Below the pieces are notes generated by a model. That model was not told the origin of the DNA, did not search any database, and worked only from the letters and a program-made list of their open reading frames with translations. This document shows, one piece after another, positions 1 through 41,108 of a stretch of DNA of 41,108 nt (the stretch's first letter is position 1; every line of letters starts with the position of its first letter). Made by a program: the position numbers and the translations under genes. The DNA is from Octopus bimaculoides (taxonomy: Eukaryota): contig NC_068996.1 in the NCBI RefSeq assembly GCF_001194135.2, positions 6,690,652 to 6,731,759 on the forward strand. Direction: 5' to 3'.

Positions 1-39
<39 letters not shown>

Positions 40-221
40 CAAATTTGGGATTTTACCAATAGAACCGCAACTCCTATTTCAGGATAACCTTATTTTTTGG
101 AATACACATAGAAAGTTATATCCGGTAAAATAATATAAGCAGTTAAAAAACCTACTATAAAATTCAATAGTTATTATTCTATGGGAAAAGAAGGTATATC
201 TAATCAATATATATATATATA

Positions 222-371
222 TATCTGTAAAAATGTGTGACACTTATTCAGTAGCCATGATACTGAATAAGTGTCACCAAAACTATATATGGGCATGTGA
301 TTGACCGCTTACGTTTGTAAGTGTCTCTGGGAGGTGGGGTACTGAATAAGTGTCACATATTTTTACAGATA
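222..371. repeat. 150-bp inverted-repeat element (32-bp TIR, 1 mismatch) with a third internal TIR copy
   Basis: 222-253 versus 340-371; TACTGAATAAGTGTCAC also at 261-277. Confidence 0.75.
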
Positions 372-429
372 CATTTCTCTATTTGCATAATATCGAGGTC
401 TCTTTCTTTCTTTTGTTGCCACTCCTGCC

Positions 430-467
<38 letters not shown>

Positions 468-1333
468 TAAAATAGGAGTTTGTTTTTCTGCTATATATCT
501 AATAATTATGAAATCGATATATCGAAACAAATGTCTTCATAGAACATATTTGCTCTAAAAATATTAATCGTATTTTTCTTCCCCGACAGAATAAAATTTT
601 CCTGCAAAGATCTCGAATAAAAATATTTTCGTATAGTAAAAGTTTTACTAAATAAATTTTACTTTTTCCTATAACACAAAACTTGTTTGCAACAGAAAGC
701 AAATAATTCTTCAAGTGATTTCGTCAGCCTTAACATTGCAAAATTTATCGTTTCTCAATGTATTTTTATTTGAAATACAGGCGCGAACACGACGCTTCAC
801 CCCGACCTCCCATAGACACTTACAAACGTAGGCGGTCAATCACATGCCCGTATATAGTTTGGGTGACACAAGCCGGGAACTAGAAAATGTAAGTGTGTAC
901 GTTATTATTTTAACAACAGATAAACATTTATTTCTTTATTGCTCACAGGGGGCTAAACTTAGAAGGGACAAGCAAAGACAATCCTACTCCAATCCCACTT
1001 CTCGTACTAAATACTTTTTACTCTACGGATAATTACAGATTTCCACATGTATATCCGATAACAAAGGACCTCCTATTATATAATAGTATTTCACTGACGA
1101 TACTCGGAGTAGAGTTTTGGAAAACACACTACAATGTTATGGCTTTGTTTCTATTATACTCTTCCGCAGCAGCTACAATAATAATGAATTTTATTCTTCA
1201 GTCAAAGAAGACGGTGATCTTGGCTTTGTAACTTTTCGTTTCTTTGATATATTTTGTTTTGCATCTTGCATTTGAAATACATCCAAAGTTATAATCTGAG
1301 CCAGAAAGATTGCCTGAAGATACATGGAATCTG

Positions 1334-1384
<51 letters not shown>

Positions 1385-1646
1385 AGACTATCTATCTGTG
1401 TGTGTGTGTTTGATTTGAAGAGGAAGGATGGCGCCACTGACTACGACATATAATACAATGCTTTACAAAAAGTATTGGGTAAGACTCTTAATAATCCTTT
1501 CTACAATAGACACAAAATCTGAAATATTCGAGGAAAGGACTAGTCGATTATATTGGCCCCGAAAGGGCAAAAGGCAAAGTCGACCTCGGTGAAATTTGAA
1601 CTCAGAACGTAGCAACGGGCGAAATACTGCTAAGAACATTATCTAT

Positions 1647-1789
1647 ATTATTTACATTTGGCGGATATTTGTCCTCATCTTTTTTGTTATTGACACAGAT
1701 TTTCTGCTGATATGTCCTCCAGGCTTCATCAGGTGTCTTGGGGAAATTTCTAACCTAGGTTCTCATTCCTAAGGTATATTTCGATGTTG

Positions 1790-1825
<36 letters not shown>

Positions 1826-2059
1826 TCACTGTGTAGTGGTTAAGAGCACAGGCTACTAACCCCAAGATGCCGAGTTTGATTCCAGGCAGTGACCTCAATA
1901 ATAATAATAATAATAATAACATTGAAAAATAGCTTAGGAATGAGAATCTAGGTTCGAAATTTCCCCAAGACACCTGATGAAGATTGGAGGGTATATCAGC
2001 CAAAACATTGTGTTAACAATAAACAAGATGAAGACAAATATCTGCCAAATGTAAATAAT
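1647..2059. mobile_element. Head-to-head foldback dimer of the hammerhead-bearing tRNA-SINE
   Basis: Arms about 1647-1831 and 1887-2059 are inverted copies. The spacer 1832-1886 is the tRNA-like head (TAGTGGTTAAG ... GAGTTTGATTCC). Confidence 0.85.
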
Positions 2060-2293
2060 GTACATAATGAACTATTTAGTTCTATTTCAAAGTTGCATGA
2101 TTCGGTTTGTAGAGAGTGAGAAAATTTGAGTGAAAGTTCATTTACTAAATACTGAACTTATAAGATAAGTAAAAAAAGAAACTAGAGAATATTAAATTGT
2201 AAACTGCCTAAAGAAAATAAAGTTTCTGATATGGATTTTAGAGTTAATTAAGAAGCAGACTAAACATTCTAACGAACTTTAAGATGTACTTAC

Positions 2294-38935
<36,642 letters not shown>

Positions 38936-39552
38936 GTCAGATTAAATATATTTCTGGAAAAAAAGCAATTATTTTCATGTTATTATGCTAAAATGAGAAG
39001 ACGACATCATAAAATAATTTTAAGTTAACTAAAATAATTAACAAAATTTGAACAATTCAAAAACAAAAATATCAATTACAAAGTTATTTAAATAAAGGCA
39101 AAAATATTGTACATATATGCATGTGTGTAATTTAAATGTATAGTTTATAGAAAATGAATTTTTATCTTGTGGCTAAAGTTTGGGGCCTATATCACTTTCA
39201 GATGAGATCAGTTCTTACCTGAAGATTGCAAGATTGCAGTAGTATGAGTTGTGAGATAGAAGCCATGTATGCTACAATATGTACTAAACACACCTCTCTC
39301 GTTTGTACAACGCAATTAAACATTTATTTGCATGCACATATGTACATATATATATATTTATACACACACACACACACACACACAGATATATATGTTGGCA
39401 CTCCGTCGCTTATGACGTTGAGGGTTCCAGTTGATCCGATCAACAGAACAGCCTGCTCATGAAATTAACGCGCAAGTGGCTGAGCACTCCACAGACACGT
39501 GTACCCTTAACGTAGTTCTCGGGGATATTCAGCGTGACACAGTGTGACAAGG

Positions 39553-40178
39553 NNNNNNNNNNNNNNNNNNNNNNNNNNNNNNNNNNNNNNNNNNNNNNNN
39601 NNNNNNNNNNNNNNNNNNNNNNNNNNNNNNNNNNNNNNNNNNNNNNNNNNNNNNNNNNNNNNNNNNNNNNNNNNNNNNNNNNNNNNNNNNNNNNNNNNNN
39701 NNNNNNNNNNNNNNNNNNNNNNNNNNNNNNNNNNNNNNNNNNNNNNNNNNNNNNNNNNNNNNNNNNNNNNNNNNNNNNNNNNNNNNNNNNNNNNNNNNNN
39801 NNNNNNNNNNNNNNNNNNNNNNNNNNNNNNNNNNNNNNNNNNNNNNNNNNNNNNNNNNNNNNNNNNNNNNNNNNNNNNNNNNNNNNNNNNNNNNNNNNNN
39901 NNNNNNNNNNNNNNNNNNNNNNNNNNNNNNNNNNNNNNNNNNNNNNNNNNNNNNNNNNNNNNNNNNNNNNNNNNNNNNNNNNNNNNNNNNNNNNNNNNNN
40001 NNNNNNNNNNNNNNNNNNNNNNNNNNNNNNNNNNNNNNNNNNNNNNNNNNNNNNNNNNNNNNNNNNNNNNNNNNNNNNNNNNNNNNNNNNNNNNNNNNNN
40101 NNNNNNNNNNNNNNNNNNNNNNNNNNNNNNNNNNNNNNNNNNNNNNNNNNNNNNNNNNNNNNNNNNNNNNNNNNNNNC
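39553..40178. other. Assembly gap upstream of the VPS15 start codon
   Basis: N run. Confidence 0.99.
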
Positions 40179-40449
40179 AATACGTGACTTCGTTGGAACA
40201 GTCCTTCCCGCAAAGCAAATTAAATAAAATTTGGAATTTTTTGCGGAATGTGAAAGTGTAAACAAGAACAGGACAGTGAGAACAAGACAGTCAAAGACAG
40301 TAAAAACAAGACAGAACAGTGAAAACAAATGGTAAGGGCTGTTAGGCCAAGACGATAGAAAAATTATTATTTTGAACGCTAGTTAGAGAGTGAATGAGAG
40401 ACAAAAAAAATTCACGTCTTCTCTATAGAAAGGCAGGATAGTATATATA

Positions 40450-41015
40450 TATATATAGTCATTGGACAATAAACTTTGCTTGCGAAGACCTACTGAGGCA
40501 AGTATAAACAAACCAAAATTGCTGACGTAGCCGATGACAGTACTGCATGATTGGCACTTGTGCCAGTGGAATGTTAAAAGCACATCCGAGCGTGACCGTT
40601 GCCGGGGCCAAGGATTGGCTCCCATGCCAGTGACAAGTGAAAAGCACCATTCGAGCATGATCATAGCCAGTGCCGCCTTACTGGCACATGTGCTGGTGGC
40701 ATGTGAAAACAACATTTGAACGTGGTTGTTGCCAGTGCCGCCGGACTGGCTCCCGTGCAGGTAATACGTAAAAACACCTTTTGAGCATGAGCATAGTCGT
40801 TGCCAGAACCACCTGACTGGCCTTTGTGCTGGTGTCATGTAAAAGCACCCAATACACTCTCGGAGTGGTTGGCATTAGGAAGGGCATCCAGCTGTAGAAA
40901 CTCTGCCAAATTAGATTGGAGCCCGGTGTAGCCATCTGGTTGCACCAGTCCTCAGTCAAACTGTCCAACCCACGCCAGCATGGAAAGCGGACATTAAACA
41001 ATGATGATGATGATA
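40450..41015 (+). mobile_element. Non-autonomous element family C with internal 65-71-bp tandem units and RTE-like (GAT)n tail
   Basis: Unit starts at 40601, 40666, 40731 and 40802. The 3' block (AGGAAGGGCATCCAGCTGTAGAAAC...GGAAAGCGGAC) is shared with 7451-7697, 12605-12870, 29901-30338 and minus copies at 37905-38050 and 41047-41108. Confidence 0.8.
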
Positions 41016-41047
41016 CTATATATATATATTCTATATATACTATATAT

Positions 41048-41083
<36 letters not shown>

Positions 41084-41108
41084 GTTTAACGTCCGCTTTC
41101 CATGCTAG

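Noticed and set aside
1090-1125. CTGACGA-TACT-CGG-AGTA hairpin
   Set aside because: Not followed by GAAA, and no stem I or III.
1198-1437. ORF with CKTKYIKETK, vaguely GIY-YIG-like, followed by CTGAAGA
   Set aside because: The ORF starts in a (CA)n microsatellite, the YIG motif is not intact and the downstream motif lacks stems. It also does not resemble the next VPS15 exon.
40179-40345. CpG-containing stretch with ACAGT/AACAAG short repeats and ATG|GTAAGG, a possible first exon of a divergent plus-strand gene
   Set aside because: No downstream exon or other support within the window, and it lies next to a gap.
40550-40850. CRISPR-like periodicity
   Set aside because: The units are degenerate tandem repeats without unique spacers, inside a eukaryotic retroelement.

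Overview
AT-rich, microsatellite- and repeat-dense animal genomic DNA with three assembly gaps. The repeat families suggest an octopod cephalopod (inference, not verified). The window is the intron-rich 5' part of one minus-strand gene, PIK3R4/VPS15. I reconstructed 21 coding exons (38935 to 2294; all introns GT-AG; phases consistent; 2316 nt = 772 codons) covering the N-myristoylation motif, the (pseudo)kinase domain and the HEAT region. The remaining exons, including the WD40 domain, were not found and presumably lie beyond base 1. The introns hold several tRNA-derived SINE families, RTE and R4/Dong-type LINE fragments, TTAA-flanked MITEs and a Penelope remnant. The most striking unexplained signal is a set of type I hammerhead-ribozyme motifs from four different repeat families. 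One is a near-perfect 425-bp palindrome carrying an intact hammerhead on each strand (28351-28775). Another is a tRNA-headed SINE that carries a hammerhead near its 3' end. Apart from stretches overlapping these exons and LINE fragments, the ORF track looks spurious.
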